A stretch of 41,337 nucleotides of DNA from Candidatus Woesearchaeota archaeon (GTDB lineage Archaea > Nanobdellota > Nanobdellia > Woesearchaeales > CG1-02-33-12). How positions within the stretch are numbered: position 1 is the first letter of the stretch; every line of letters begins with the position of its first letter. The stretch covers positions 1 through 41,337 of the forward strand of contig JAFCCI010000002.1 of assembly GCA_017610275.1 (NCBI GenBank), given 5' to 3'. The notes beneath the pieces are model-generated. The model did not search any database. It was not told the DNA's origin and worked only from the letters and a program-made list of their open reading frames with translations. A program made the translations under genes and the position numbers. Below are positions 26,088-36,344 of this stretch, one piece after another.

Positions 26088-26936
26088 CTATTTTAATATA
26101 TCATAGAAAGCATCAAATATTGGCTTGTCTGTTGTTACAATGTTAAAATCAAGTCCAAGCTCATCACATATCTTTGCTATCCTTGATATATGGTCTTCAA
26201 GCTTTTTTTTATAACCAACCCTAAGCCTTGGATTTATATATGTCCTTAGCATATTCTTTGTTTCAGAGTCCTTAAGCCTGAAATCTCCCTGAAATGCAAG
26301 CTCCCTTTCCACAGGATCCAAGATTTGTATTATTTTCATATCCTGATCTCCAAGCATAATAAGTCCTTGTTCTATCTCTTCAATATCAAACAGGAAATCA
26401 GATATAATAACCACAAGGGCTCTTGAGCCTATCATTTTTTTGTACCTGCTCATTGCATCCTTGAATCTTGAAACACCAGTCAGCTTTATGCTATTCAGGT
26501 GGTCAACCATGCTTGCAAGGTGACCCATGCCTCTCTTTGGCTTAAAGGTTTCAAGGCCTTCTGAAAAAGTTGAGAACTGGAATTTTTCATTCTCTTTCAT
26601 CGCTAAATATGCTGTTCCAACTCCAAGCATAGAGGCATAGTCAAACTTTGTAACTCCCTTTCCAAAATTCATGCTTCCGCTGTGGTCAACTATTATATGT
26701 GTTGTAAGGCTTTTATCCTCTTCATATCTCTTGATGTAAAGGTCATCTGTCCTTGCAAATATTCTCCAGTCTATTGCCCTGAAATCATCTCCGGGAGCAT
26801 AAATCCTATGGTCTTTTATTGTTATGCCCCTGCCATGCATTACAGAGCGCCTTTCTCCTGTATAACTTGATGTAACTCTTTTCCTTACAATAAGATTAAA
26901 CTTGCCAAGCTGGGACAGAAATTCAGTTGTTATCAT
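26088..26936 (-). CDS. DUF58 (vWA-like) MoxR partner
   Basis: R.YAPGDDFRAIDW, DHSGSM, IISDF. Confidence 0.92.
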   Translation of the reverse strand: MITTEFLSQLGKFNLIVRKRVTSSYTGERRSVMHGRGITIKDHRIYAPGDDFRAIDWRIFARTDDLYIKRYEEDKSLTTHIIVDHSGSMNFGKGVTKFDYASMLGVGTAYLAMKENEKFQFSTFSEGLETFKPKRGMGHLASMVDHLNSIKLTGVSRFKDAMSRYKKMIGSRALVVIISDFLFDIEEIEQGLIMLGDQDMKIIQILDPVERELAFQGDFRLKDSETKNMLRTYINPRLRVGYKKKLEDHISRIAKICDELGLDFNIVTTDKPIFDAFYDILK

Positions 26937-27868
26937 TTTGCCTTGCTTATTATTTCTTTGATGGCATCATCTGTTGACATTCCCTTTCTTTCAGCCTCAA
27001 AATTTAATATAATCCTGTGTCTTAATATTGGGTAAGCCATTGCATCAATATCCTCCTTGCTAACATAGTTTCTTCCCTTTAGAAGTGCTCTTGCCTTTGA
27101 TGCAAGAACTAAGCCAATAGATGCCCTTGGTGATGCCCCATATTCTATTAAATTGGGGTGTTTTCTTGTCTCAGTAACTATACTGACTATCCTATGCTTA
27201 AGGTCATTTGCTATTGGGATTTGTCTTACTAAATCCTGCATATGCATAAGATGCGCCTTATCAAGCAATATACTTAACTTATGATTTTTGACTTCAAATG
27301 CATATTTATCTACTATTTCAACTTCTTCATCATATGTTGGGTATCCTATCTTAATCTTTAGCAAAAACCTGTCTGCCTGGGCTTCTGGCAGAGGGTATGT
27401 TCCTTCCTGTTCAATAGGATTCTGTGTTGCAAGAACAAAAAACGGCTTGTCAAGCTTGAATGTTGTATTTCCTACAGTAACCTGCTTTTCCTGCATTGCC
27501 TCAAGCATGGCAGACTGCGTTTTTGGTGTTGCCCTGTTAATTTCATCTGCAAGCACAATATTTGCAAATATTGGCCCTGGCTGAAACTTAAAGTTTCTCT
27601 TGCCAGAGGTCTCTTCAATAATATATGTTCCTGTTATATCAGATGGCATTAAATCAGGGGTATTTTGTATCCTGCTGAATTTAAGGTCCATCATTTGGGC
27701 CATTGTTTTTATAGCAAGGGTTTTTGCCAGGCCAGGGTATCCCTCAAGCAGGGCATTTGCATCACATAATATTGTGATCATAATCTGCTCAACAACCTCT
27801 TTTTGCCCAACAACTATTTTTCCTATCTCTTTGTATAAACTATCAAAAGTTTCCTTATACATTTTCAT
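26933..27868 (-). CDS. moxR: MoxR-family AAA+ ATPase
   Basis: GYPGLAKT, RIQ.TPDLMPSDITG, LADEINRATPKTQSA, TQNPIEQEGTYPLPEAQ.DRF, ASPRA. Confidence 0.96.
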   Translation of the reverse strand: MKMYKETFDSLYKEIGKIVVGQKEVVEQIMITILCDANALLEGYPGLAKTLAIKTMAQMMDLKFSRIQNTPDLMPSDITGTYIIEETSGKRNFKFQPGPIFANIVLADEINRATPKTQSAMLEAMQEKQVTVGNTTFKLDKPFFVLATQNPIEQEGTYPLPEAQADRFLLKIKIGYPTYDEEVEIVDKYAFEVKNHKLSILLDKAHLMHMQDLVRQIPIANDLKHRIVSIVTETRKHPNLIEYGASPRASIGLVLASKARALLKGRNYVSKEDIDAMAYPILRHRIILNFEAERKGMSTDDAIKEIISKAK

Positions 27869-27880
27869 TTTAACACCTCT

Positions 27881-28669
27881 TTAATCTTTTGCAATTTTTA
27901 AAAAATATGCTTTTACAAGCTCCTGCTGGTCTTCCTGAATTTTTTCTTCATAAACATCAGCTGTTTCTACAAATACATCATCTGGAAAAAGCTCTTCAAA
28001 ATCTCTTTTTTCAGGCTCTTTTACCTCATCAAGATTTATCTCATACCCTGCTGGCTTAATTACCATATCAAGCATTTCGCCGCCCATTTGGGCAATTTGT
28101 GCATCACCAAATACGCTCTCGCTTATTCCAGAGCTGGCTATTCTCTCAAGACCCTGCTTTCCATCTCCTGTATTATTTCCGCCAATGCTATATACAAAAT
28201 CAACAGCAGTATTTGCTGCATCTTTGAGATTAAATGATAAGTCAAACCGTGCTGAAAATACCACTAAAAAGCATAATATTATGCTTAATAATATTTTGTA
28301 AGAAACATTCTTTTGGTTAAAAAAAGATGTTACTTCAACCTTTTTCATATCCCTCATAATATTGGATTTCAGCTCATCAACAACTGGATTTTCCATTTTT
28401 ATGTTATCTCTCGCTGTTCTAAGCCTTTCATTAAGAAGGGGATATTTTTTTTCAACATTTATCAAATGTTTTTCCCTAATGCCTTTATATGTTTTAATTA
28501 TAAAATATAATGCTGCAGGAACTAATGCATATATCTGATAAAAATTAAATAAAGACAAAATAATGTAAATAATTAAAAATATCAGAAATGCATTTAGAAA
28601 ACTATTAAACAATACAATATTGTTGAATGTAAAATTTATTTCCCTTAAAACCTTATTAAATTTCTTCAT
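27881..28669 (-). CDS. Membrane protein of the MoxR operon
   Basis: Three TM segments, VEKKYP.L.ERL.TA.D motif, acidic tail ending LVKAYF. Confidence 0.75.
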   Translation of the reverse strand: MKKFNKVLREINFTFNNIVLFNSFLNAFLIFLIIYIILSLFNFYQIYALVPAALYFIIKTYKGIREKHLINVEKKYPLLNERLRTARDNIKMENPVVDELKSNIMRDMKKVEVTSFFNQKNVSYKILLSIILCFLVVFSARFDLSFNLKDAANTAVDFVYSIGGNNTGDGKQGLERIASSGISESVFGDAQIAQMGGEMLDMVIKPAGYEINLDEVKEPEKRDFEELFPDDVFVETADVYEEKIQEDQQELVKAYFLKIAKD

Positions 28670-28672
28670 TTT

Positions 28673-29173
28673 TTATGGGCATGTGCATGTAGCCAGCTGA
28701 GCATTCAGGTCAACTATATCTTCGTTTAAACCAGCTATATCCACTCTGAGTCCTGATATTGTTGTCTGAGCAGCAGTAAGGCTTGTCTTTGTTGTGCCAA
28801 GTTCTGCCTGTACTGTGAATAATTCTGCTTTTTTCAGCTTTAACTCATTTGTTTTTGCTGTTAACTGTGTTTGTAATTTTGCTTTGTCATCCTCTAATTT
28901 TTCCTTTTCAGTTCTTAGTTCTGTGTACTGCGTGCTTAGCTCTTTTTCTCTTTCTTCCTTGATAGTAAGTTGCTGGCTTGTCTGCTCAAGCTTTGCTTTT
29001 TCAGTGCCCAGGGTTGATGAAACATTTTTTAAATCCTCTATCCTCATTTGGTAATCCATGTACAAATCCTTAAACGTTGCCTGATAATAAAGGCTTAATC
29101 CAGCAAGAGATATAAGGACTGCAACTAATAAAAGAAAAAAACCAAAGTTAACATTTCTTTTCATATATGCCAT
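28673..29173 (-). CDS. Single-TM coiled-coil protein
   Basis: N-terminal TM followed by heptads; ends CTCP; GGTGA RBS. Confidence 0.75.
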   Translation of the reverse strand: MAYMKRNVNFGFFLLLVAVLISLAGLSLYYQATFKDLYMDYQMRIEDLKNVSSTLGTEKAKLEQTSQQLTIKEEREKELSTQYTELRTEKEKLEDDKAKLQTQLTAKTNELKLKKAELFTVQAELGTTKTSLTAAQTTISGLRVDIAGLNEDIVDLNAQLATCTCP

Positions 29174-29199
29174 GCTATCACCTTATTATTAATTATTAT

Positions 29200-31596
29200 T
29201 TATATAGATTTCCTATTTTCCATAATTCTTCTGATACAAACCTCTATTAAAAATATAGATAATGCTGATAAAATAAAAATCCAGCTATAGCTTTTTTCAT
29301 CTATTTTTTTTCTTCTTGAATTTTCTTTAATGAATTCTACTATTGCAGTTGTATTATCTTTATTAAATATCCTTCCGTTGGTTATGCTCACAATGTCTAC
29401 AAGCTCAGGATTTATTCCTAAGTCTTCGTATTCCCTCTTGTAATTAACAGCCATAACTGCATCAAAAAAATCATGAAACCCTGTTGTCTTCGGAACAAAT
29501 TCTGCCTTATAAATATTTTTGTCTAGCTTTGAAAATGATAATCCTTCAAGCACAGGATTTGTTTCTGAAATAACAATTATCTCTGCAACATCCCCCACTC
29601 TTGAATCCTTAAGTTTTACATCAAATTCCTTGTTCCTGCTGGGGTTACCAATAGCCCAGTTGACTGTTCTTGTAATAATTTTTGAATTTTCCTTGTTTAA
29701 GAGCTGACCAGCCCATATTTCCGGATCTGTTGTTAATGCAGCAACTCTTCCAAGCCCAAACCTCCATATTGTAACTATGGGATTTGTGTTATGGGTTGCT
29801 ATAAGCATCCTTGCAGAACTTTTTGGAACAACCTGGTTAAAGCCAGTCACTTTTGCATTCAGGTTAAGATTTTGGGTTATAAAATGATTTGAGTCAATGA
29901 TTAAAAGTCCCATCACATCAGTCTCCTCTTCCTCAGGCTCCCTGCTGAAAATAATATTTAATCTTTGCGCTTCAGTAGGCTCAAAATAAACACCCTGGCC
30001 AGCTAATGCCAAATCCTGCATAAATTGCCTGTTGGTATCAAATCCAACTCCCACAGTATAGGTCTTTATTCCCTTTGAAGCCATTGATTTTGCTCTTTTA
30101 ATTGCACCATCAGGGTATTGTGTTATTCCGTCAGATATAAGAACAATATTTTTGCTTCCTTTTTCAGATCTTAGCATCTGCTCTGCCCTTATCAAGCCAA
30201 CAGAAACAAGTGTCCCTGCATTAAAACCACCGCAGTGAATAGTGGATATTGTATAATTTAAGTCAGGTTTTTCATCTATTATTGAAAGGGGGGATATTGA
30301 ATGATAATTAAAATCAAAGCTGATAACACCTATCTTATCTCCTGGTCTTAAGCCTCCAACAATCTGTGTTGCAACCGCTTTCTCAACATCTATTTTTGTA
30401 TTTGTGCTTCCACTGCCAAAAGCAGAGCATGTTGTTCCTGAAACATCTATTATAACTATGATATTCATTCCGCTTTCCTCTTCCCTGCCGGCAAGCCCCA
30501 CTTTAACAGGAAGAATAGTTTCAAACACTGAATTTTCATAGTTGCCGTAATCAAATGAATCCTGCCCACCAATGACTACAAGACCATTGCCATCTGCTGC
30601 ATAATTGGTTAAGATATCTGTATTTGTTTTAAGCCAGTCTTGATTTATGTTATACAAAACAACAGCAGAATATGATTTAAGGTCTTCCGGCATATAACTC
30701 TTTTTGGAAACATCATAGACAGCATCCATTATCTGTGTTATTTTTGCATCCTTTTGTGAAATAAAGAGTATATTTGGCTTTGGCAGAACATGGAGTGTTT
30801 TGTAATAAACATTGTTTTGCTGGAAATAATCACTTGCTATTATTGATGCTTTTATTTTATGATATCCTGTCTGCAGCATCTGCTTAATCTCAAATGTTTT
30901 TGTACCAGTGGCTTTTTCATTTATTATAATATTATCATCAATCATTACCTGAATGTTATAATCTAATGACAAAGGGCCAACTTGTTTTACATCAATATAA
31001 AATAAAGCTTCTGTTCCAAATATTAGTTCAGAAGGGGAATCAATTGTTACAACAAGGTCTGTTTTTATTGGATTAATATCTAATGAGCTGATGGTTGTGT
31101 TTAATGAAGATGCAAGCATCATCACATCACCTAAATCAGTTCCTTTGTTATTGTTTCCATCACTGATTAATAATAAGTTGTCATTTCCCTTCATATTATT
31201 AAGCAGGCTGTCTCCTATTGGTGATTCTTCTCCACGTGCAATATACCTTATTGTTGTTGGAATCTCTTTTTCAAGGCTAATTTTTAAGTTAGAGCCAATA
31301 TCCTGCTCAAAAAGCTCAAATGATGTTGAGTTATCTGCAAGTATTGTTAATGAGGGATTTCCCTGAACAGTTTTTTCCTCTAATGTGAATGGTGATGCTA
31401 TTGCTATTATCAAAAGCGAGAAAACAAAAAACCTTGATATGGCTATTAATATCCTTGAAAGTTTCTTGCTTTTTACATGCTCTTCTTTTTCCTTCTCTGT
31501 TGTAAATTTAACAAAAGTTTTTCTAATAATAACAATAAGTGTAATAATCACAGGAATAAAGAGTAATAATGCTTGCGGATTCTTGAGGTAAATGAT
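29200..31596 (-). CDS. Membrane-anchored vWA-domain protein (probable ATC start; ORF track uses GTG 31551)
   Basis: DNSTS and DVSGT MIDAS-like motifs, LISDG twice, GLGRV, C-terminal TM. The upstream extension IIYLKNPQALLLFIP matches a BatA-type N-terminus. Confidence 0.85.
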   Translation of the reverse strand: MIYLKNPQALLLFIPVIITLIVIIRKTFVKFTTEKEKEEHVKSKKLSRILIAISRFFVFSLLIIAIASPFTLEEKTVQGNPSLTILADNSTSFELFEQDIGSNLKISLEKEIPTTIRYIARGEESPIGDSLLNNMKGNDNLLLISDGNNNKGTDLGDVMMLASSLNTTISSLDINPIKTDLVVTIDSPSELIFGTEALFYIDVKQVGPLSLDYNIQVMIDDNIIINEKATGTKTFEIKQMLQTGYHKIKASIIASDYFQQNNVYYKTLHVLPKPNILFISQKDAKITQIMDAVYDVSKKSYMPEDLKSYSAVVLYNINQDWLKTNTDILTNYAADGNGLVVIGGQDSFDYGNYENSVFETILPVKVGLAGREEESGMNIIVIIDVSGTTCSAFGSGSTNTKIDVEKAVATQIVGGLRPGDKIGVISFDFNYHSISPLSIIDEKPDLNYTISTIHCGGFNAGTLVSVGLIRAEQMLRSEKGSKNIVLISDGITQYPDGAIKRAKSMASKGIKTYTVGVGFDTNRQFMQDLALAGQGVYFEPTEAQRLNIIFSREPEEEETDVMGLLIIDSNHFITQNLNLNAKVTGFNQVVPKSSARMLIATHNTNPIVTIWRFGLGRVAALTTDPEIWAGQLLNKENSKIITRTVNWAIGNPSRNKEFDVKLKDSRVGDVAEIIVISETNPVLEGLSFSKLDKNIYKAEFVPKTTGFHDFFDAVMAVNYKREYEDLGINPELVDIVSITNGRIFNKDNTTAIVEFIKENSRRKKIDEKSYSWIFILSALSIFLIEVCIRRIMENRKSI

Positions 31597-33353
31597 TATA
31601 AATCACCCCTTATCTTTAAAATATATATCTCCAAAAGCATAATAACAATTGCAAAAATAATTAAATAAATATTAAGGTTTAAAACAACTTTCTCTTGGGA
31701 AATACCTGAAACAAACTCCTCGTTATCAAAAGATACTGTTTCCCTGGCTATGTCTGATTCATATTCATTAAGAAGGTTCACTGCAATCTTATTGCCATTA
31801 TCATATATTCCGGCTTTGCCTATTGACGGTTTTTCATCTATCCTGAAGTTATAGTCATTTATATCACCTGCTTCAGCAAGAAAGTTTAATAGTTCATTCC
31901 AGAATATTGGATAAGATGTTTGTGTTTTAAAATCAGTCTGCTCGTCAATAATTCCATAATAAACCGAATTTCCTTTTCCCCTTTTACCTAAAGCAACAAG
32001 CGGGCTAAAATCATCAGCTTCTATAATTGGTATTGTATTCTCTTTTGGAATTGCCTTGAAATATTTTTTAACTATTGTAAAGCATTTATTGCTCTCAAAC
32101 TGCTTTGTAAATTCATTTATCACTTTGACGCATGCTTTTGTATTATTGGCTTTTTCATTTAATTCAACAGGAAGGAGCCATGACATTCCTACCTGGTTTA
32201 GGTCATCCTGTGCTGTCATAATGAGGCTTTTTCCATTTTCCACCTCTCTTGATATCTCTTCAAGTGTTCCAGGAAGAATAAGGTTCCCTTCTATACTATT
32301 TATTATTATAATTTCACTGGACTCAATACCATGTATTATTGGGGGTTCTGTAATCTGAAGATTAATATCCTTTGATGACTGCAATGCCTTCATAAGATAG
32401 CTTTTTTTTGCATTTGTTATCAGCAGAACATCTATCTGTTTTTTTAATGGCGCGCTTATATAAGCAATGTTATCAAATTTAAGGTCATCATCTGAATTTA
32501 TTACAATTTTGCTGATTCCTGTTGGTGTTTCAAAATTAAATATTTCTGTTGAATGGGCAGTTATTGTTTTTGATTTGGTTTCTAAGGTATTTTCTTCTTT
32601 GATTATTGCTGCTGTTATTTCTGCATCATCATCAAAATTCTTTACATATGCCATTATATTGTATTTATCAATATCAAGTTCTATGATCCCTATGTTTTTT
32701 GCCTTGTTCCAGATGCTTATAAACTCAACATTAATGCCTTTTGAAGATAATATTCTCTTTGCCTTTAATAATTCATTTATATCATCTATTATAAAATCAC
32801 TTATAACAATAATTCTTCCCTTCCTGTCTGCAAGTATTGATTCTGCCTCATACAATGCACTTTCAAGATTTGTTTTGGTATCCCTTGGTTCTAAGGTTTG
32901 AAGCAATGACAATGCCCGGTTTTTTGTTCCATCTTCTAAAATTGTTTCAGGGCTGCCTGAAGCAACTATTATGCTTACTTTGCCCTGCAAATAGTCTTTT
33001 GCTATGTCTATTGAGTTTTCAAATCTTGTTTTGCCATTATTGATTGCCTGTGAACTTGCACTTGCATCAATTATAATAACAGTATTTTGAGATACAACAG
33101 CCTCAGAAGTTATTATGTAAGGTGAGGCAATTGAAAAAGCCAGTATAGATAATACCAATAACTGCAATAGAAATACAAGATTTCTCAGCAATTTCTGAAA
33201 AAAGGAATTCTTTATTGCCCTTTTTTGGTTTTTTATTAAGAACATAAGAGAAGGAACAACCTTTTCAACTGGTTTTGGTTTTATCAGATAAAGTATAACA
33301 AGGGGTATTAAGCTTAGAAAAGCATAAAGTCCCAGAGTATTAGCTAGCTGCAT
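31596..33353 (-). CDS. BatA-domain/vWA membrane protein
   Basis: N-terminal IPLVILYLIKPKP...VPSLMF (BatA), DASAS, ISDF and a C-terminal TM. Confidence 0.88.
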   Translation of the reverse strand: MQLANTLGLYAFLSLIPLVILYLIKPKPVEKVVPSLMFLIKNQKRAIKNSFFQKLLRNLVFLLQLLVLSILAFSIASPYIITSEAVVSQNTVIIIDASASSQAINNGKTRFENSIDIAKDYLQGKVSIIVASGSPETILEDGTKNRALSLLQTLEPRDTKTNLESALYEAESILADRKGRIIVISDFIIDDINELLKAKRILSSKGINVEFISIWNKAKNIGIIELDIDKYNIMAYVKNFDDDAEITAAIIKEENTLETKSKTITAHSTEIFNFETPTGISKIVINSDDDLKFDNIAYISAPLKKQIDVLLITNAKKSYLMKALQSSKDINLQITEPPIIHGIESSEIIIINSIEGNLILPGTLEEISREVENGKSLIMTAQDDLNQVGMSWLLPVELNEKANNTKACVKVINEFTKQFESNKCFTIVKKYFKAIPKENTIPIIEADDFSPLVALGKRGKGNSVYYGIIDEQTDFKTQTSYPIFWNELLNFLAEAGDINDYNFRIDEKPSIGKAGIYDNGNKIAVNLLNEYESDIARETVSFDNEEFVSGISQEKVVLNLNIYLIIFAIVIMLLEIYILKIRGDL

Positions 33354-33426
33354 TATACACCTCTTTTGTGTTAAGATTTTTAAAACATAATCTATATTTA
33401 AATCTTCACTTTTTTAGAACAAAGTT

Positions 33427-34035
33427 TTACAGTGGATTTAAGGCATATTTTAGAACTATTAATGAAGGATTTAATTTTTTAAAATAACAGAATCTTTCAA
33501 AATCATCTGGATTAACATTTTCAGGGATAAAATTGTCTCCCAAAGCCTGCCCTTTCATCTGAGCAAACTTGAATTTGTCCATAATGTTATCGACTTTATG
33601 GTTGTCTATTATTGGTGAATCATAATATTTGGCTTCTTTTGATGGAGTATTAAACCCTACAAGAGTTTGTGAGAATATCTTATTTTCATTATTAATCATA
33701 TAATCATTGTAGTCAAACTTAAAGCCTGAATTTAACTGCGGGTATATTACGTTTTGAATCAATGAGATATAATCTTTTTCCCACCTTCTGAAAGTCTTTT
33801 TATTATTAACTTCGGCTACTTCTCCTAAATCTTTTTTTTCTTTTATTGATTCTTTTTTATTGATTATTTTATTTTTGTTCTGCTGCTTTTTTATCTGTTC
33901 AATTAATTCAATAAGGTTTTTAGTCTTTTTTATGCTTGTTGATTTGCAATTGTCCTTAATTTTGTTAATTTTTTTATCTTCTTTTACGCCGATTGTTTTG
34001 TTTTTTTCTTTAATGTTGTTGGATATCATATCCAA
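33427..34035 (-). CDS. Hypothetical protein
   Basis: 202-aa ORF divergent from the HTH gene; no recognisable motif. Confidence 0.55.
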   Translation of the reverse strand: MDMISNNIKEKNKTIGVKEDKKINKIKDNCKSTSIKKTKNLIELIEQIKKQQNKNKIINKKESIKEKKDLGEVAEVNNKKTFRRWEKDYISLIQNVIYPQLNSGFKFDYNDYMINNENKIFSQTLVGFNTPSKEAKYYDSPIIDNHKVDNIMDKFKFAQMKGQALGDNFIPENVNPDDFERFCYFKKLNPSLIVLKYALNPL

Positions 34036-34073
34036 CAGAAAACTATAAATAGTATATAAGGCTTTTGTTTCTT

Positions 34074-34664
34074 ATGGTAGGCAACATACCAGGCTATGTA
34101 AAAACAGATGTTATAAGGGCATTTTTGCTGATAAAAGAAAATATTAGCAGGAATGAGCTGGTTAAGAAACTTGAATTAGGAGAGGGAACTTTAAGGACAA
34201 TCTTGGATATTTTGAAGGATAAAAATTTAATTTGCTCTACAAAGCAGGGGCATTCATTGACTGAAAAAGGCAGTTTGTTTCTTAAAAAAACAGAAGAAAT
34301 TATATTAATTAAAAGTGTGAACATTGGAGACGTTTATCCTGAGCTTGAAAAAGCAGTTGTTTTGCTAAAGAAACCAGATGAGAACATAAAAATAAGTTTT
34401 GAGCAAAGGGATATTGCTGTTAAGCAGGGAGCAAATGGAGCAGTTATTCTAAAGTTTGATAATAAGCTTTACATTCCGGATGCAGATGTTAATTTTAAGG
34501 AGAATTACAAAAAAGCACATGATGAAATCCTAAAATGTTTTGATTTCAAAAAAGGGGATATATTAATTATATGCTTTGCAGAATCATCAAGAAATGCAGA
34601 GAATGGTGCCCTGGCAATTGCTTTAAGCATGAGCAAAGAATTAAGTGAGTTAATATTAATATGA
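34074..34664 (+). CDS. Winged-HTH archaeal protein (DUF4443-like)
   Basis: ISRNELVKKLELGEGTLRTIL...GHSLTEKG; C-terminal EQRDIAVKQGANGA. Confidence 0.8.
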   Translation: MVGNIPGYVKTDVIRAFLLIKENISRNELVKKLELGEGTLRTILDILKDKNLICSTKQGHSLTEKGSLFLKKTEEIILIKSVNIGDVYPELEKAVVLLKKPDENIKISFEQRDIAVKQGANGAVILKFDNKLYIPDADVNFKENYKKAHDEILKCFDFKKGDILIICFAESSRNAENGALAIALSMSKELSELILI

Positions 34665-36092
34665 CTTGCTGAAATAAACTTTATATTGTGCCTTTTTACC
34701 ACATTTAATGCATTTTCCAGCTTTTGCATTAGATTCTATGCATCTTGAGGTTGCACCATCTGATTCAGATTTTATTAATTCTTCGCATTCTTTTTCCCCG
34801 CAGAAAAATGCCTTTGGTATTTTTTTTGCTTTTACTGCCTTTAGAAAATCATTCCAGTTATCAACCTCAATAATGTTTGTGTCCATAAATTTCTTTGCTT
34901 TTGTGAAAAGGTTTTTCTGGATTTTATCAAGGGTTTCCTTAACTTTTTTATTTAATTCTGTTATTTTAACAAATTCTTTTTCTCCTGTGTCTCTTCTTAC
35001 CAAAACAGCTTGGCTTTTCTCTAAATCTTTTGGACCAATTTCTATTCTTAAAGGAACTCCTTTTAATTCCCATTCATGAAATTTCCATCCAGGGGAATAT
35101 TCCTCCCTCTTGTCTATTTCAATATTATAATTTTTTAATTTATTTTTTATTTCTTCTGCTTTTTTCAATATCTTTTCTTTGGATTTGTCAAAAATAATTG
35201 GAACTATAACTGCATGAATTGGGGCTATTTTTGGTGGTATCACCAAGCCATTATCATCTCCATGAACCATTATTATTGCTCCTATCATCCTTGTGCTTAT
35301 TCCCCATGATGTCTGCCATGGTATATGGTATTTTTCATCCTTGCCTAAAAATTTTATTTTAAATGCCTTTGCAAAATTCTGCCCAAGCATATGGGATGTT
35401 CCCATCTGCAATGCCTTACCATCCGGCATAAATGCCTCAAGAGTTGTTGTATAAACAGCCCCTGCAAATTTTTCCTTGTCTGTTTTTTTGCCAGTTAAAA
35501 CCGGGATTGCAAGATAGTTTTCCATTAAATCCTTGTACATATTAAGAATATCTATAACCTCTTTATCTGCTCCTTCTTTTGTTGCATGAACAGTGTGTCC
35601 TTCCTGCCATAAAAATTCCCTTGTCCTAAGAAATGGCTTAGGATACTTGAATTCCCACCTTACAACATTGCACCACTGGTTTATTAATAAAGGCAGGTCT
35701 CTCCAGGATCTTACCCAGTTTGCATATGACTCATACATTATTGTTTCAGATGTAGGCCTTACAGCAAGCCTTTCTTTCATCTTTGTATTGCCAGCATGTG
35801 TTACCCAGGCTACCTCTGGTGCAAAGCCTTCAACATGCTCTTTTTCTTTCATTAAAAGATGTTCAGGAATAAACAGGGGAAAGTAGGCGTTCTTGTGACC
35901 TGTGTTTTTTATCATGCTGTCAAATATTTTCTGTATGTTTTCCCATATTGCGTAAGAATTAGGCCTTAAAACCATGCAGCCAGATACAGAACTATAATCA
36001 GCTAATTCTGCTTTTTGAACAACCTGTGTATACCATTCGCTTAGATTATCGCTTTTCTTTACATTCAGTCCGAGTGTTTCCTTTTTGGCCAT
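34656..36092 (-). CDS. proS: Proline-tRNA ligase, archaeal/eukaryotic type
   Basis: HVEGFAPEV, RPTSET, PFLRTREFLWQEGHT, QTSWGISTR, anticodon-binding and Zn domains, terminal Tyr. Confidence 0.98.
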   Translation of the reverse strand: MAKKETLGLNVKKSDNLSEWYTQVVQKAELADYSSVSGCMVLRPNSYAIWENIQKIFDSMIKNTGHKNAYFPLFIPEHLLMKEKEHVEGFAPEVAWVTHAGNTKMKERLAVRPTSETIMYESYANWVRSWRDLPLLINQWCNVVRWEFKYPKPFLRTREFLWQEGHTVHATKEGADKEVIDILNMYKDLMENYLAIPVLTGKKTDKEKFAGAVYTTTLEAFMPDGKALQMGTSHMLGQNFAKAFKIKFLGKDEKYHIPWQTSWGISTRMIGAIIMVHGDDNGLVIPPKIAPIHAVIVPIIFDKSKEKILKKAEEIKNKLKNYNIEIDKREEYSPGWKFHEWELKGVPLRIEIGPKDLEKSQAVLVRRDTGEKEFVKITELNKKVKETLDKIQKNLFTKAKKFMDTNIIEVDNWNDFLKAVKAKKIPKAFFCGEKECEELIKSESDGATSRCIESNAKAGKCIKCGKKAQYKVYFSKSY

Positions 36093-36175
36093 ATTAACTC
36101 TGTTTTTTGTTTTTATTTAAATATTTTGTTTATTTGATACCTTATTTGTAAGTGTAGCTTGGCAAGAAGCTGTAG

Positions 36176-36325
36176 TGGGGCTGCTGAGACTTCCGAACTG
36201 TTTGCGAGCGTTAGCGAGCGTGTCCGGCTTTATGCCGGACTTTGCGTATCAAATGCGCGTAACCATTTGTCGGACTCAGATCGCCGCGTCCCGAACGCGA
36301 AATACTGCCATTATACTACAGCCCC
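36176..36325 (-). tRNA. tRNA-Pro(CGG) with a 79-nt intron at position 59/60 (intron 36190-36268)
   Basis: Acceptor GGGGCTG/CAGCCCC-A; anticodon arm TCGCG-TTCGGGA-CGCGG; T stem CTGAG/CTCAG; BHB with TCCG/CGGA helix and ACA/AGT bulges. Confidence 0.88.
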
Positions 36326-36344
36326 ATGTTAACAAAATAAGTTA

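Noticed and set aside
26088-33353. MoxR-DUF58-vWA-BatA operon as a novel system
   Set aside because: A well-known, widespread operon type; only the non-canonical start is notable.
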